32,000 nt of DNA from Zygophlyctis sp. KS116 (taxonomy: Eukaryota > Fungi > Chytridiomycota): contig BAAFSQ010000066.1 of assembly GCA_054661495.1 (NCBI GenBank), forward strand, positions 1 through 32,000. Reading direction: 5' to 3'. The notes beneath the pieces are model-generated. The model was not told where the DNA came from, searched no databases, and worked only from the letters and a program-made list of their open reading frames with translations. The number at the start of each line of letters is the position of its first letter. Within the stretch, counting starts at the first letter, position 1. The translations under genes and the position numbers were made by a program. Shown here piece by piece: positions 1 to 17,309 of this stretch.

Positions 1-107
1 TGGCCACTGGTGATTTGGCTTTGACTGATGCTGAATTGAAAGATTATGGAATCACTCAAGGAGGGTTAAGAAAGGCTATTCTGTCAGTTATAAGAAGCAA
101 TCAATAA
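1..107 (+). CDS. 3' end of a gene with a SAM-like C-terminal helix (partial)
   Basis: Open frame from the window edge: ATGDLALTDAELKDYGITQGGLRKAILSVIRSNQ*. The LT-D-ELK-GI-G-RK-IL pattern resembles the end of a SAM domain. Confidence 0.5.
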   Translation, partial: ATGDLALTDAELKDYGITQGGLRKAILSVIRSNQ

Positions 108-213
108 AATCCTTGACAGACTCAAAAACATATTTTTCTTTAGTTGAATCCCTAAAGCAAGTTTATTGAAGTTTTGAAAAATAAAATCGTTTTCCTGTCC
201 AGCATGAAAAAGA

Positions 214-1043
214 TCAAGAATGGAACAAGTTCCTTTCCGGCGAATCACGAAAGATATTATAACAGTTTTCAAAGTTTGATGATTCATTTAAAAGATCAGA
301 TGATGCCATATGATGTCCAGAAGGAACTGGAATCATGAAATTTACAATTAAGGATTCATCTTTTGAGCTTGATTTCATGTAAAATTCTTGATCTAAATTA
401 CCAGATTTTAATTTTACAGGTGAAGAAGGAGATTCATTATTCAAATTCTCTTGAATATTTTGAGAATTGAAATAATCTACTAGAAGAGTTAAAATAAAAA
501 AATTACAAAATAGAGGTCTTTTGCTAATAATTTCTGATCGTGAACCAACAAAAGACAAGGGACCAGTGGGTAAATCCCCATTACTAGAATCTCCATTCCA
601 GAATTCCAAGTTTGGAGATATTGAAGGATATACAGAACCATCATTAGAATCTTGAGCAAAGTTATTTCCACGCATAAAAACAGATCCTGGAGGAGTTGGG
701 AGAGTTGTCGGAATAAATCCCTTATTTTCAATCTTGTGTGGAGTAAATAAATTCCCTTGATCATGATCATCCATGATTGGAGAATTATTACCCTTTTTGA
801 CTTTGGCTCTCTTATTCTGAAACCTATTGTCAACCTTTAGTCTGATTACCATATTTGTACAGCACGGGGAGTCATATTAAGTTTTTGTCCTAATTCCTTT
901 CGTACCTGAGCGTTTGGTTTTTGATTATAGGAAAAGACTTCCGAAAGTAAGTTTGTTTCCAGTGCACTAAGTCGTCGGCGTCTCTTTGTACATTCTCTGA
1001 GGTCAGAGATTTCACAATATTGAGGTAAATCGTTGCTGTTCAT
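214..1043 (-). CDS. Homeodomain transcription factor
   Basis: KRRRRLS...FSYNQKPN...RKELGQKLNMTPRAVQIW joined to FQNKRAK by a 26-nt GT-AG intron (824-849), restoring the WFQNKR motif. A probable extra in-frame 27-nt intron lies at 480-506. Confidence 0.85.
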
Positions 1044-1279
1044 TTTTTGACGAAACGCGCCACCGTCGGAAATCTTGTGCTGAGGAATGTTTCACAATCT
1101 TAAACCATGAATTACTACATCATAAGCATTATCCATGCAATCACAAACTGACTCCTCTCTAACTCAATCGCCGATGCATAATTTATTTCTTTATTAAATA
1201 TGTTTTGTAGCTTAAAATAAATATTATTTCTTTTCTTATTCTAAATTTCAATCTAATTGCGATATATTCGAAATAATGC

Positions 1280-2437
1280 ATGTTTTACTATTATCACACT
1301 TGGCGGTGGACAGTCAAGAACGCGCCGCAAGTCCCCCGATCTATCAGGAGAATTATTATGAAGGGATGGGTAATGCAAAACATGGCTTTTATAATGCATG
1401 AGCAGGATCTTAATATAAATGGGATTGATAAGATATTTTCTAGTTTATGGATCTCAAATGATGAATTGCTCTTCACTTCAAAATGTTTCAAGATTAAATG
1501 TTTAAAATTAAAAAGATCAGATCGGTTTGAGATTAATGATTTTTGGGGATCTGAAAGTTATCATAATTTTAATAGAAATACTATAAATGATTGGAAAAGA
1601 GGGACTGGAATTCATGCTATTGCATCATCTCCTAACCCGCAATGGGGTGATTTAGTGATTTGGGGAGCTGCAAATGATTTACACTTTAAGAATCTAAAAA
1701 CAAATCAGGATTGGTATCTAAAGGCTCATGCAGATACTATATACTCTCTTATTGTATTATCGCCAAATATTATAGTAAGCGGATCGAGAAATGGATCATT
1801 GTGTTTAACAAATATTATTCAGAGAAAATCATCGTGTATTGATCTTAGAAAAGGCAGCGTAAGAGGATTATCAAAATTAGGAGGCGCTGGTATTGTTGGG
1901 GCTTTGAATTCATTAAGTGGATATTTAGATTCTTGGGATTTTCAAATTGGGAGTAGAGTTTGTTCTTGGGATTTACCAAAAAAGGAAGAGCTTGCATGCA
2001 TCGGTATTATATTATCTTCTTAGTTATTAGAGTCTTTTAGTAATTCTTTTGTTGTTGGATCTCAAAATCATATTACGTTTATTGATCATAGATGTCCGAA
2101 GGCTAGTTTCTCCGCAGAATCTACTGATAACGGCGCAGGCGTTCGATCTCTACTATACAAAAATGAAAATCTTTTAATGGGTTCTGGATCCGGAAAGGTT
2201 ACTTTTTTCGATATAAGAGCAAGGCAGTACTTGCACACATCTTTGAATGATATATCAAGAGTTCATTCATTAGATGCAAGTCCTGGCTGGTTAGGAAGTA
2301 ATCCGTATGAATTAAGTCATATTGAAAATGCAATATATACTTTGGGCTTTAATGATGATAGAAATATCTTGTTTACTGGGGGAGGGCCTATTCGAGCAAA
2401 TGTTCAGGGATCGTATGCCGGACTTTGGCGCATTTAA
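1280..2437 (+). CDS. WD40-repeat protein, DCAF12/WDR40-like
   Basis: KIFSSLW..LLFTSKC, GIHAIA, VSGSRNG, VVGSQNHITFID-R, GSGSGKVTFFDIRA and C-terminal LFTGGGPI...GSYAGLW. One 27-nt intron at 2004-2030. Start codon uncertain. Confidence 0.75.
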
Positions 2438-2471
2438 AATTTAAAAAGTCTAAGAAATTCATTTCATTATT

Positions 2472-5384
<2,913 letters not shown>

Positions 5385-5663
5385 TTTTTTTTTTTCTGTA
5401 AATTTTTTCTGTAAATTTTTTCTTTTTTTGACAAAAATTGACTCTGAAATCACTCACCTGATTTAAAAGAGAGCACTCTCTTTTTGTATTAGGATATGGA
5501 TTAAAAACTCAAAAAACTCTCAAGGTTTAAGAAAATGCGCATTTTTTTTTACTTTAGGGCTGTAATTTTTTATTTTTTTTCAGGGGTTTTCTAAACCTAA
5601 TTTACAACTTTATTAAAAAACTGTTAGGTTTACCATGAGTAGAATCTAGGTTGATAGTCAAGG

Positions 5664-6570
5664 CTAAGAAATCACTGAATTAGTCCAATTAAACACCTTT
5701 TCACGTATTGCATCATCATGTCCAGAAGTAGGTTTAACATTATCACCATAATTATTCATTAAATGCCATCCAGTCTTTCTAGATTGATCTAAAAATCCAG
5801 ATAATAAAAGAGTGCCACAATCAGAAGGAGTGGTAGATATTATCCGACTTAAAAAAGATACTGGCAATCTAATATACCATGGCATATCTCTACCTCTAGC
5901 TAATGGTGTATCAATTAATCCAGGAAAAGAATGGATAAATGATACTGATGGGTATCTTTTAGAAAATTCCTATAAATTTATAAATTTAAAAAGTTACATC
6001 AACCATTAAATCATTATAAAATGTACATGCATCTGCACATTGTTTAAGACCATAATTCTTTTTTAGATTTAAATCATTTTCATCTACTAATTTTCCTTGT
6101 GCAGCAGCTAAAACTGACATGACTCTTGCTTCTCCCTTGTCATGGGCCACTTTTTCTAAAATTGGAGCCATGGATTGAATTAATGAAAATCTAGAAAAAT
6201 AATGAAGAGCCATTTTATCATCAAAGCCTTCACTAGTTTCATGACGTCCGCCAACTCTTGCCATTCCTGCACTTATAATCAAATAATCAATATTCTCTCC
6301 AGACATTGATTTTGCAAAATCTTTTGCATTAGCAACAAGAGAAAAATCCAAAGGTTTAAATTCAATCGATCCTTTCTGCGCTTTAGATTTGGCTTCTAAA
6401 TCTAATCCCGCTTGTTGATTTCTTCCTGCGACTATTACTCTTGCGCCCAGCGAAGACGATTTTAATGCGATAGCTTCCCCAATCCCAGAAGTTCCTCCGA
6501 CAATTAGAAATGTCTTGTTTTTCAATGATAGATTTTCTAGCGATTGTTGTGCAACCTTTAACGACGGCAT
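5664..6570 (-). CDS. Short-chain dehydrogenase/reductase
   Basis: VGGTSGIG Rossmann motif and the pattern ET.EG.D.KMALHYFSRF. One 28-nt intron at 5970-5997. Confidence 0.85.
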
Positions 6571-6628
6571 TTTAACGTTGACCCTCAGCTCTTTCAAATT
6601 CTTTTAATAACTTTTTGATTTATTGCAA

Positions 6629-8298
6629 TTAAACTGATAAGGACCATTCAAGTTTTTTCATTTTTCTTTGTAATAATGTTGATTCCTTGTTTAATTTTGT
6701 ATATTCTTCTTGTAGAGATTCAATGGATGCTTTCAAAGATTTTGATTTTGTCTAGAGTTAACTATGAAAATTTACCATTTTGTCTTCAAAGTCTCTTAAT
6801 AAAGGGACATTTCCTAATAGTCCGTTTTCTTCTTTAATAACTTGACTTTTTTCTTTGAATTGGTCTCTTTGGGATTTTAGCATTGGTAAGCTATCTCGGT
6901 ACTTTGAGACTTGATCATCAATGCTGGCAAGTTCTTGTTTTAATTCTGAATTTTCCTCCTATTTTTCAATTTTAAAAGTAAGAATTACCAATACAAATTG
7001 TAGTTTTTCTTTTACGTGTGTAAGAACTTGTACAACATTTGTAATAGTTTTACGTAGTTTTAGTAAATCTTCATTTCTTTCTTCAATCTTTTCATTATAT
7101 GTTTGATTTTCAATCTTTAATTGTTCAAAATCAATTAAATGTAGTCCGTCGGCTAATTCTTCTTTTTGTTTAAGAGTTTGTTCATATCTTTTAATCTTAT
7201 TCCTTAATTTTATATTTTCAAGACGGACTCCACCAACTTCTTTTTGTTTTTTCTCTTCAATAGATTCTAATCCTTCAATGATTTTAAGTGATAAGACTTT
7301 TCCAGTCCTAGAATTTTCTGAATTTTTAGCAATATCTTTACGATATTTGACAAATTCTTCAGTCTTGGATGAGACTTCCAATAGTTTTTCATTTAGTTTT
7401 TCCTTGATTTCAGCTAATAATTTTTGATTAGTTAAATTGAACTCTTCTCCTTCTTTTTTCAAGTCTTGTATTTGTGCCATGTATGTGGCATAACGGGATT
7501 CTTGATCTGTAGCAGATTTATCGGTATCTCGAGCATCATCTGCCTAAATCATTAATTTATAAATTTAAATACCCTTTTTCTTTTAAAGTATTCTACTAAT
7601 TTACTTTCAAGATTTTGTTTCTTGACCTTTGACTTTTCTTTAGCAATCAAGTTCATTTTAATTTTAGTAATGTATTTTGCTCTATCAATCTTATTTTGAA
7701 TGACTTCTGGTACAGCTAGTTCCACAACTTGAGGAGCTTCTGGCACATTGTCTGACGGTTGTTCAATGATTTCTTGTTGATCCATGATTAAAGTTGGTGA
7801 ATTGGGACGTAGTAATGGAATGTTTGTTTGAATTTCTACTTCTTCCAACTGATTTCCTTGACTAAAAATTTCAAATTTAGTTTCATTATCATCTTCAGAG
7901 CTTTCAATATTAACAAACAGAAAGTCGTCTTTGTGAATTATCGGCGCTGGCGATTCAACTAACCTTGTTAATGTGGATGTAAATTGTGAGTCGTCAAGAG
8001 TAGCATATGGATCTAAATCATGGATTGCGATATCTGCAAAATCATTAATGAAATTCATAGAACTAACGACTTGATTTTCGGTTAATTGATCCAATTGAGT
8101 AAAGTTATCATTAATTGATGAAGTATCATTATTTAATGTGATTTGAGTATCAATTATAGGTTCTTCTACTTTATCTTCCAATATATTTTGAGATTCATCC
8201 TCTGGTCCATCCACTGGTCCATCAGGCAGACTATCACCAGGTGGCACTTGATCTTCAGGCAATTGTACCGTTTCTACTTCCTCTGACTGTATAGACAT
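6629..8298 (-). CDS. CCDC96: Coiled-coil ciliary protein CCDC96/CFAP184 (DUF4201)
   Basis: Signature KEELADGLHLIDFEQLKIENQTYNEKIEERNEDLLKLR...VQVLTHVKEKL. Introns at 7544-7572, 6959-6988 and 6752-6775. Confidence 0.85.
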
Positions 8299-8421
8299 TG
8301 GCTCATTCTACTATTTAGCGATTATGTAATAATACCTCTGCTTCCATTGAATCGTTGGATTCGGACAATACAACAAGTGACATCACTCCTCATGCAAAAC
8401 GATTACGGAAATTATTCATTC

Positions 8422-9982
8422 TTATACTTGGTATGTTGAAGATGATACTTTACCTCCACGCCCTGTCCAATTAGTATGAATCCATGCTCCCGGAGCAGAT
8501 TCAAGCTCATACGTATGAGCACCAAAATAATCACGCTGAGCCTGGAGTAAATTAGCAGGCAACTTGGCGCTCCTAAAACCATCATAAAATGACAAGGCAG
8601 ACGAAAAGCAAGGCACAGGTACTCCAAGCAATACAGCTTGACTAACTACTCTTCGGAAACTTGGGATACATCGATGAATCGCAGCAGTAAAAAAAGGATC
8701 AAGAAGCAGATTCGAAAGGTTTGCATTCTTTTTGAATGCTTTGGTTATTTCTCCTAAAAATACGCTTTGTGTAAACTTTTAATATACTTACCTCCTAATA
8801 ATACAACCACCTCTCCACATTAAAGCGATTCCTCCATAATTAAGGTCCCAACCATATTCTTTTGCAGCATCTCTTAATTCCATAAATCCTTGCGCATAGG
8901 AAATAATCTTTGCAGCATACACAGCCTGTCTTATATCCTCAATAAATTTCTTTCGATCTCCTGTAAAAGTATCAGTTTCAGGAAGCCCTTGTAAGAGTTT
9001 TGAAGCCGCTACTCGTTGATCCTTTATTGCAGATAGACATCTAGCAAATACTGCCTCACCAATCAGAGTCACAGGAGTTCCTAAATCCAAAGCTGAAATA
9101 GCAGTCCATTTCCCAGTACCTTTCTTCATGTTTAGTTTAAAATATTCCTACCTGACCAGCAGTATCTCTTATTTTTTCAACTAAAGGAGACCCATCATCA
9201 TCTGTAAATCTTAAAATATCTCTAGTAATTTCAACTAAAAATGAATCCAATTCTCCTTTATTCCACTCCTCAAAAATATCTCCCATTTCCTGATGAGAAA
9301 GACCGATCACATTTTTCATTAAAGAATAAGCTTCACAAAGAATCTGCATATCACCATATTCAATCCCATTATGAACCATTTTCACGTAATGACCAGAACC
9401 ACCTTGTCCAACCCAATCACAACAAGCATCACCAGAACTAGTCTTTGCAGAAATAGCCTGAAAAATATCTTTAATATGCGGCCTTTAATTAATTATACTA
9501 AAGAATAAGAATACCATGCCTCTGAACTTCCTCCTGGCATTAAACTTGGACCATATCGTGCCCCTTCCTCTCCACCAGAAACCCCACTTCCAACAAACAG
9601 TATCCCCCGATCAGCCAATTCCTTTTCTCTTCTTATAGTATCAGGAAAATTTGAATTTCCACCATCAATTATTATATCTCCCTGTTCCAAATAGGGCAAC
9701 AATTGCTGTATAAAATCATCCACCGGTGGTCCTGCCTTGACCAACAATACAATCTTATCATCATTATAATAAAATTACCTTTCTTGGTCTCTTTAGTGCT
9801 AAACACAATTCTTTGATTGAAAAGGCACCAATTACATTTGTCCCTTTAGCTTCATTATCCAAAAATTCCGATACTTTTTGAGTTGTCCGATTATAAGCAA
9901 CAACGGTATAACCATGATCATTCATATTAAGAATGAGATTTTGACCCATAACGGCCAAACCGATCAATCCAATGTCTGCCAT
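8422..9982 (-). CDS. GND1: 6-phosphogluconate dehydrogenase, decarboxylating
   Basis: [38 protein letters not shown] and [10 protein letters not shown]. Introns at 9754-9778, 9483-9514, 9124-9151 and 8765-8791. Confidence 0.97.
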
Positions 9983-10018
9983 TTTTAGTTTGAGACGCCA
10001 CACAAGAGCAAATTTTAA
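9983..10018. promoter_or_regulatory. 36-bp spacer between divergent GND1 and DBP2 start codons
   Basis: GND1 CAT at 9980-9982 and DBP2 ATG at 10019. Confidence 0.6.
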
Positions 10019-12119
<2,101 letters not shown>

Positions 12120-12189
12120 CCTGTTAACCTATTTTTTCAAGATTTGAGTTGAATTTTTTTAACAAAAAATCATTTTTAAGAACTTTAAT

Positions 12190-12998
12190 TCAAATTGACC
12201 CACATCCACAATCTATATCTACATGCCTAGGACATTTCCAACCATCACATTTCCCACAAACCACTTGTCCAGTTTTACTAATACAATCATAACAAGTAAC
12301 AATATCAATCCCATTTTCCGAATCTTCTTGTACACAAGAATAACAAATCCTATATGAAACTAATTCACAATCATCACAAACCCAATAAACATGCCCACGA
12401 CAAAAAACACATTTTAATAGAGTGTCTGGAGGATAACATGTATCTCTCATACATTTAGAACAAACTGAAGGCATTATAAGAGTATTTGGAATCAATCGAG
12501 ACAATTTTTCCAAATCCTCTAACAATTCCAGTCCATTAAACCAATAATCTGTAAAAACATCAAAATTTTCAAATTCCAACTCTCCAATCCCAGTAATATC
12601 CAAATATTCTATAGCCAAGTCTAAATTTTCCACAATTTTACAAATTTGAAAAACTGTTATATTTTTACAATTTGAAATATCTAGAGTCTTCAAACCTTTA
12701 CATTTTTTCAATAATAACTCTAGATTCCTAGAATTTCTATTTTTAGTCATAATGCTTACATGCAAGAATTTCCCAAACATTTCAGGATCCTAATTTTCTC
12801 TAAAACCAAACAATTTGATAAAATCCATTCATGGTCACTAATGTCCAATGATACATATTTCCAAAAGCAAGCGCCGCTAATAAGAATTTTTCTAAAATTT
12901 GAATTCACCTGTGACAATTTGACTAGACGGTGTAAATTAAAGGGCTCAAGAGCAAACTGTAGAATGATTAAAACGATTTCCACGGGCAAATTGTCCAT
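12190..12998 (-). CDS. F-box protein with LRR-like middle and a Cys-rich (CxxC-repeat) C-terminus
   Basis: MDNLPVEIVLIIL..LSQVNSNFR F-box, LKTLDISNCKNIT and about 7 CxxC pairs. A 23-nt intron at 12737-12759 joins the two ORFs. Confidence 0.8.
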
Positions 12999-13026
12999 TG
13001 CGGCACCGCCAGCCCTAAAAAAAGAA
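12999..13026. promoter_or_regulatory. 28-bp spacer between divergent F-box and SEC61 start codons
   Basis: F-box CAT at 12996-12998 and SEC61 ATG at 13027. Confidence 0.6.
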
Positions 13027-14530
13027 ATGTCGTGTAAATTCCATTCTACTAATCTCTAGTTCGCCTGTTACATGTCCTGAAACCGTTTATAGCTTTAATG
13101 CCTGAAGTCGCTTCACCTGATAGAAAAATCCAATTCAGAGAAAAGGCAATGTGGACTGCAATTACATTGTTTATTTTTCTGGTTTGTTCGCAAATTCCGC
13201 TCTTTGGAATTATGAGCTCAGACTCTGCAGATCCGCTTTACTGGATGCGTGTGATTTTAGCGTCAAATAGAGGAACTTTGATGGAATTGGGTATTTCTCC
13301 AATTGTTACATCTTCAATGATTATGCAAATGTTGGCGGGGGCGCAAATAATTGAAGTGGATTATTCTGTAAAAGAGGATCGTGCCTTGTTTTCAGGAGCT
13401 CAAAAGTGTATTATAATTGTATTTTTTTTTATAATTTAGTATTCGCAATGATTATTGCTGTTGGGCAGGCTGTTGTATCAGTTTGGTCTGGAGTTTATGG
13501 AAATCCTAAAGATATTGGATCTGGAATTGCTATTCTCTTGATTTTACAATTATGTGTTGCTGCACTATTAACAATGCTTTTGGATGAATTGCTTCAAAAA
13601 GGTTACGGTTTAGGTTCAGGAATTAGTCTTTTTATTGCTACAAATATATGTGAAGAAATTATATGGAAGGCTTTCAGTCCAACTACTTTCCATACTGGAA
13701 GAGGGACTGAATTTGAAGGGGCTGTGGTGGCTACTCTACATTTACTATTTACACGTAAAAATAAGTTTAGGGCACTCAAAGAAGCCATGTATCGGTCAAA
13801 CTTGCCAAATTTAACTAATCTTTTGGCGACTGTTTTTGTTTTTGGAGTTGTAATTTACTTGCAAGGTTTCAGAGTTGAAATTCCAATGAAATCTAATAGA
13901 TTTAGAGGACAACAGGCATCGTATCCTATAAAACTGTTTTATACTTCTAATATGCCGATTATGCTTCAATCAGCCTTGGTGTCTAATATTTTCTTTATTT
14001 CTCAAATGTTATATAGACGATTTCCTGAAAGTTTGTTGATTAAACTGATTGGAGTTTGGGCTGTAATCTTTATTTACTAAATCTTTTAGACTAGTGAAGG
14101 AGTTCCTACTCAAAAACCTGTTGGAGGATTTGCGTATTACATCTCACCTCCTGACAATATCCTGACAGCTTTTGGTGATCCACTTCACTTTACAGTCTAT
14201 GTAACATTTATGCTTACAGCATGTGCTCTTTTCTCTAAGACCTGGATTGAAGTTTCTGGCTCATCTGCTCGTGATGTTGCAAAACAATTAAAAGACCAAC
14301 AATTAGTTTTACGTGGACATCGTGAAGGTGGTATGTATAGAGAACTAAAAAGAACTATTCCTACAGCTGCTGCTTTTGGTGGACTGTGCATTGGAGCACT
14401 TTCTGTAGCTGCTGATTTACTTGGAGCAATTGGATCAGGAACTGGAATTTTATTAGCTGTTACAATCATTTATCAGTATTTTGAATTGTTTGTGAAGGAG
14501 CAAGTTGAAAAGGGAGCTGAAATGTTTTAA
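13027..14530 (+). CDS. SEC61: Translocon subunit Sec61 alpha
   Basis: [40 protein letters not shown] and [12 protein letters not shown]. Introns at 13034-13059, 13408-13439 and 14063-14089. Confidence 0.97.
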
Positions 14531-14539
14531 ATAATAAAT

Positions 14540-14979
14540 TCAAGATGCTTTCCAAACTAGGGCGCCCTATTTGATTTTAAAAAGTGAAATTTACTAGATT
14601 TCCACCAAAGAACAAGTAGAGTAAATTTTTCATTTCATGAGTGATTTCAAATCCGTATCCCTCTCCAACAATAACATGCCATGAACTTCCACATTTCTTA
14701 TCCATGGCTTCTTTAATATTTTTAGCAGCCGCCTATACATTAGAATATAAATTACTTCATAATTTCCAGGATATTTTTCAATCGCAGTCACAACTGAATC
14801 TACTGCTTCTGATCGAACTTCTTCAGACATATCACAAAACTAACACGCGTCAATCCATTCTACTGTTTTACCTTTACTAATGAATATGAAAAATTCTTTT
14901 TTGAATCTTTTTCATCACCTGCTTTTACATCAGTTGCCACTTTTTCTGCTAAATTCGCACTACTTCCTGTATCTGCCAT
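14540..14979 (-). CDS. DNAL4: Axonemal dynein light chain 4 (LC8 family)
   Basis: YSLVK-FCDMSEEVRSEAVD...AAKNIKEAMDKKCGSSWHVIVGEGYGFEITHE..LLYLFFGG. Introns at 14840-14871, 14733-14755 (23 nt) and 14567-14594. Confidence 0.88.
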
Positions 14980-15321
14980 TTAATTTTTTTAAAGAAAATA
15001 GTCCGAAAATGTTTACTTGGATGTCCGAATGTGATCTGTTTAATTTTAATTCTATGTATGATAGATCCTAAACTATTTCCTACTAATCTGATATCTTCAT
15101 CGCCTATTAGAGATGATTAAGTCTCTGCCAATGCAAGATCTTGAATAAATAGTGAAAGTAGGAATTAACAGCGGCAAGGATGGGAGCTGGATACTAGGGG
15201 GCTAATAATGGACGATGGCCAGGAATGAGAGCGGGAAGGCCTGTTAAGTGGATATAAAACAGTTTTAGACGCCATTTAAGAATCGGCAGAGTCAAGGAAT
15301 TGTAGGAGGATTTAGAGTAAA

Positions 15322-16182
15322 ATGAATTCCGATGGGTTGACTCACCGTAGAAAGGCTCAAGAGTCTTCTGCAGAGGTTCCTCTTGAAGTCGAAGATAAGC
15401 AAAAACTAACATTAATGGAACAAGTGGTTCTCTTGGGACTAAAAGACTCTCAGGTAGGATTTTCAATGTAAATCAAGGGAACATTATCTTTCTGGAATGA
15501 TAATATTTCTTATGTTCTTAGAGGTTGCATTCTCATGGAATTGTCATTTAGAAACAGAATTCTAGTTGTTCGTGATCATAAACGTCGCCCTTGGGCTGAT
15601 AGAGTATTGGAAGTCTTGGATGATTCTGTCACGGGTGAAGTATTGTTGGACGAAACTCTCAGATACATGAAAAATGATTTAGATACTATTAATAATTGGG
15701 TTGATTATTTAAGTGGTGAAACTTGGAATTTACTAAAAATTGGATATCAATTAAAACAAGTTAGGGAAAGAATTGCAAAAGGATTGGTGGATAAAGGTGT
15801 ACTAAGAACAGAAAAGAAAAACTTTTTAGTTTTTGATATGGCTACTCATCCAGTTGCTGATGCAGCTGTAAAAAGAAAATTAACAGCTCAAGTTTTGGAT
15901 GTTTTATTCTCAAAAAATGATAAGCCAGATGCTAGAACTATTGCCTTAATATGTGCTGTATATGCTGCAAATTTATTAGAAAATGTTACAAGTAAAGTAT
16001 CTTATAGTCAGAGGGAAGCTGCATTTTCTAAAGCAGATGAAATTCTACGAAAAAATTTAAATTTAACAGATGAATCAAAAGAAAACGGAATGACTGATGT
16101 TGTTGTTGGGTAAAATTAAAATTATTTTTCTAAACATATTAGAGTTTTTAATGTTTATTCAAAGCTTGATAGTATTTTATAA
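15322..16182 (+). CDS. VPS74: Golgi phosphoprotein 3 / Vps74
   Basis: [43 protein letters not shown] and FDMATHP. Introns at 15454-15477 and 16110-16142. Confidence 0.93.
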
Positions 16183-16225
16183 GGGAGAAAGTACAAACAA
16201 GATTATTTTAAGTAAGCAAATAGTT

Positions 16226-17269
16226 TTACTTTTTCTTTTGTTTGACTGATTTGAATTTTACGGATTTTTTAGAATGAAATGGTCTAATTGAATTTAAAAC
16301 CACAAAAATTCCAAGTAATAATACTATAAATGTAGACATTGGGATCCATTCCAAGTCATTTGAATCTCCTATTGGAATATTTAGAGTCCAATTACTAAAT
16401 TCTTGATTCACAATTGAAAAATTAGAGTCTTCCAGTCTTTTATCAAGTGATGACGGCATAGGGATTCTAGAGTTTACATTTTTTAAGAGAATGAGAGGAT
16501 GAGGAATACTAATTTGTTTAAAAGTACCTCCTGGAACTGGTGATTGATATCTAGCAATATTAAAAATAGTAATTTACCGCAAGTGAAATGGTAATTCAAA
16601 CTCTGAGAATGTAGCATTACTTTTAAGAATTATTTCTAATAGAAAAAGTTTAGCATTATCATCATACGCAGCAGCTTCTAAATCTATTTCTCCATAAAAC
16701 TTGAATGATCCATACTGCTTCAAGAATGATAGATTAGGATCAAAAGGATCAATAAATACATCTTTTGATAGTATGAATATTATACCAATTTCCTGATTAG
16801 AGTTTTTCGTAATTTTGAATTTCCTATGAAATCCTCTTCCGGGAACCAGTGAAACTAAAACATCCGTAAGATTTGTTTCAACTTTAGGATAAATATCCAG
16901 TCTCGACAATTCATGAAAACAGTCCGAATGTATTTCCTCTGCAACAAACGATCGAGTTTGCATTAATGAAAGCCGATCTGCCTCATACAAAAGTTGATCA
17001 TTTTCAAACATTCCTCCCAACCAACAATTATTTTGAGGTTCTAAATATTGTTGTATGAAATCCACATAATCGTCCTCAAATGATGGTGGGATCCACAACA
17101 AATTCCCAAGAGTCAAGTTCAACGCATGGTCAAATTCACTATTTTTTACAAGCGCTAAATCGTTAGAGTCCCGAAAAGATATTAGAAACCCATGCTGATT
17201 CATAATGATCTGCCATGGATGATTGTAATGAATATTTATATCAAACAATTTCTTTTGAACGGAAAACAT
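16226..17269 (-). CDS. PIG-X/Pbn1-like GPI-mannosyltransferase I subunit
   Basis: GRGFHR, VFIDPF, GEIDLEA, LPFHLRYQ (across the 27-nt intron at 16551-16577), IPIGD and a C-terminal TM helix. Start codon uncertain. Confidence 0.75.
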
Positions 17270-17309
17270 AAAACTTAAACCTTGAACTTGTGTTTCCTGT
17301 AGTTGCCAC

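Noticed and set aside
15194-15466. Antisense/shadow ORFs (also 11189-11434, 13603-13788, 23176-23463, 29815-30096 and others)
   Set aside because: They overlap well-supported genes on the opposite strand or in another frame and show no recognisable motifs.
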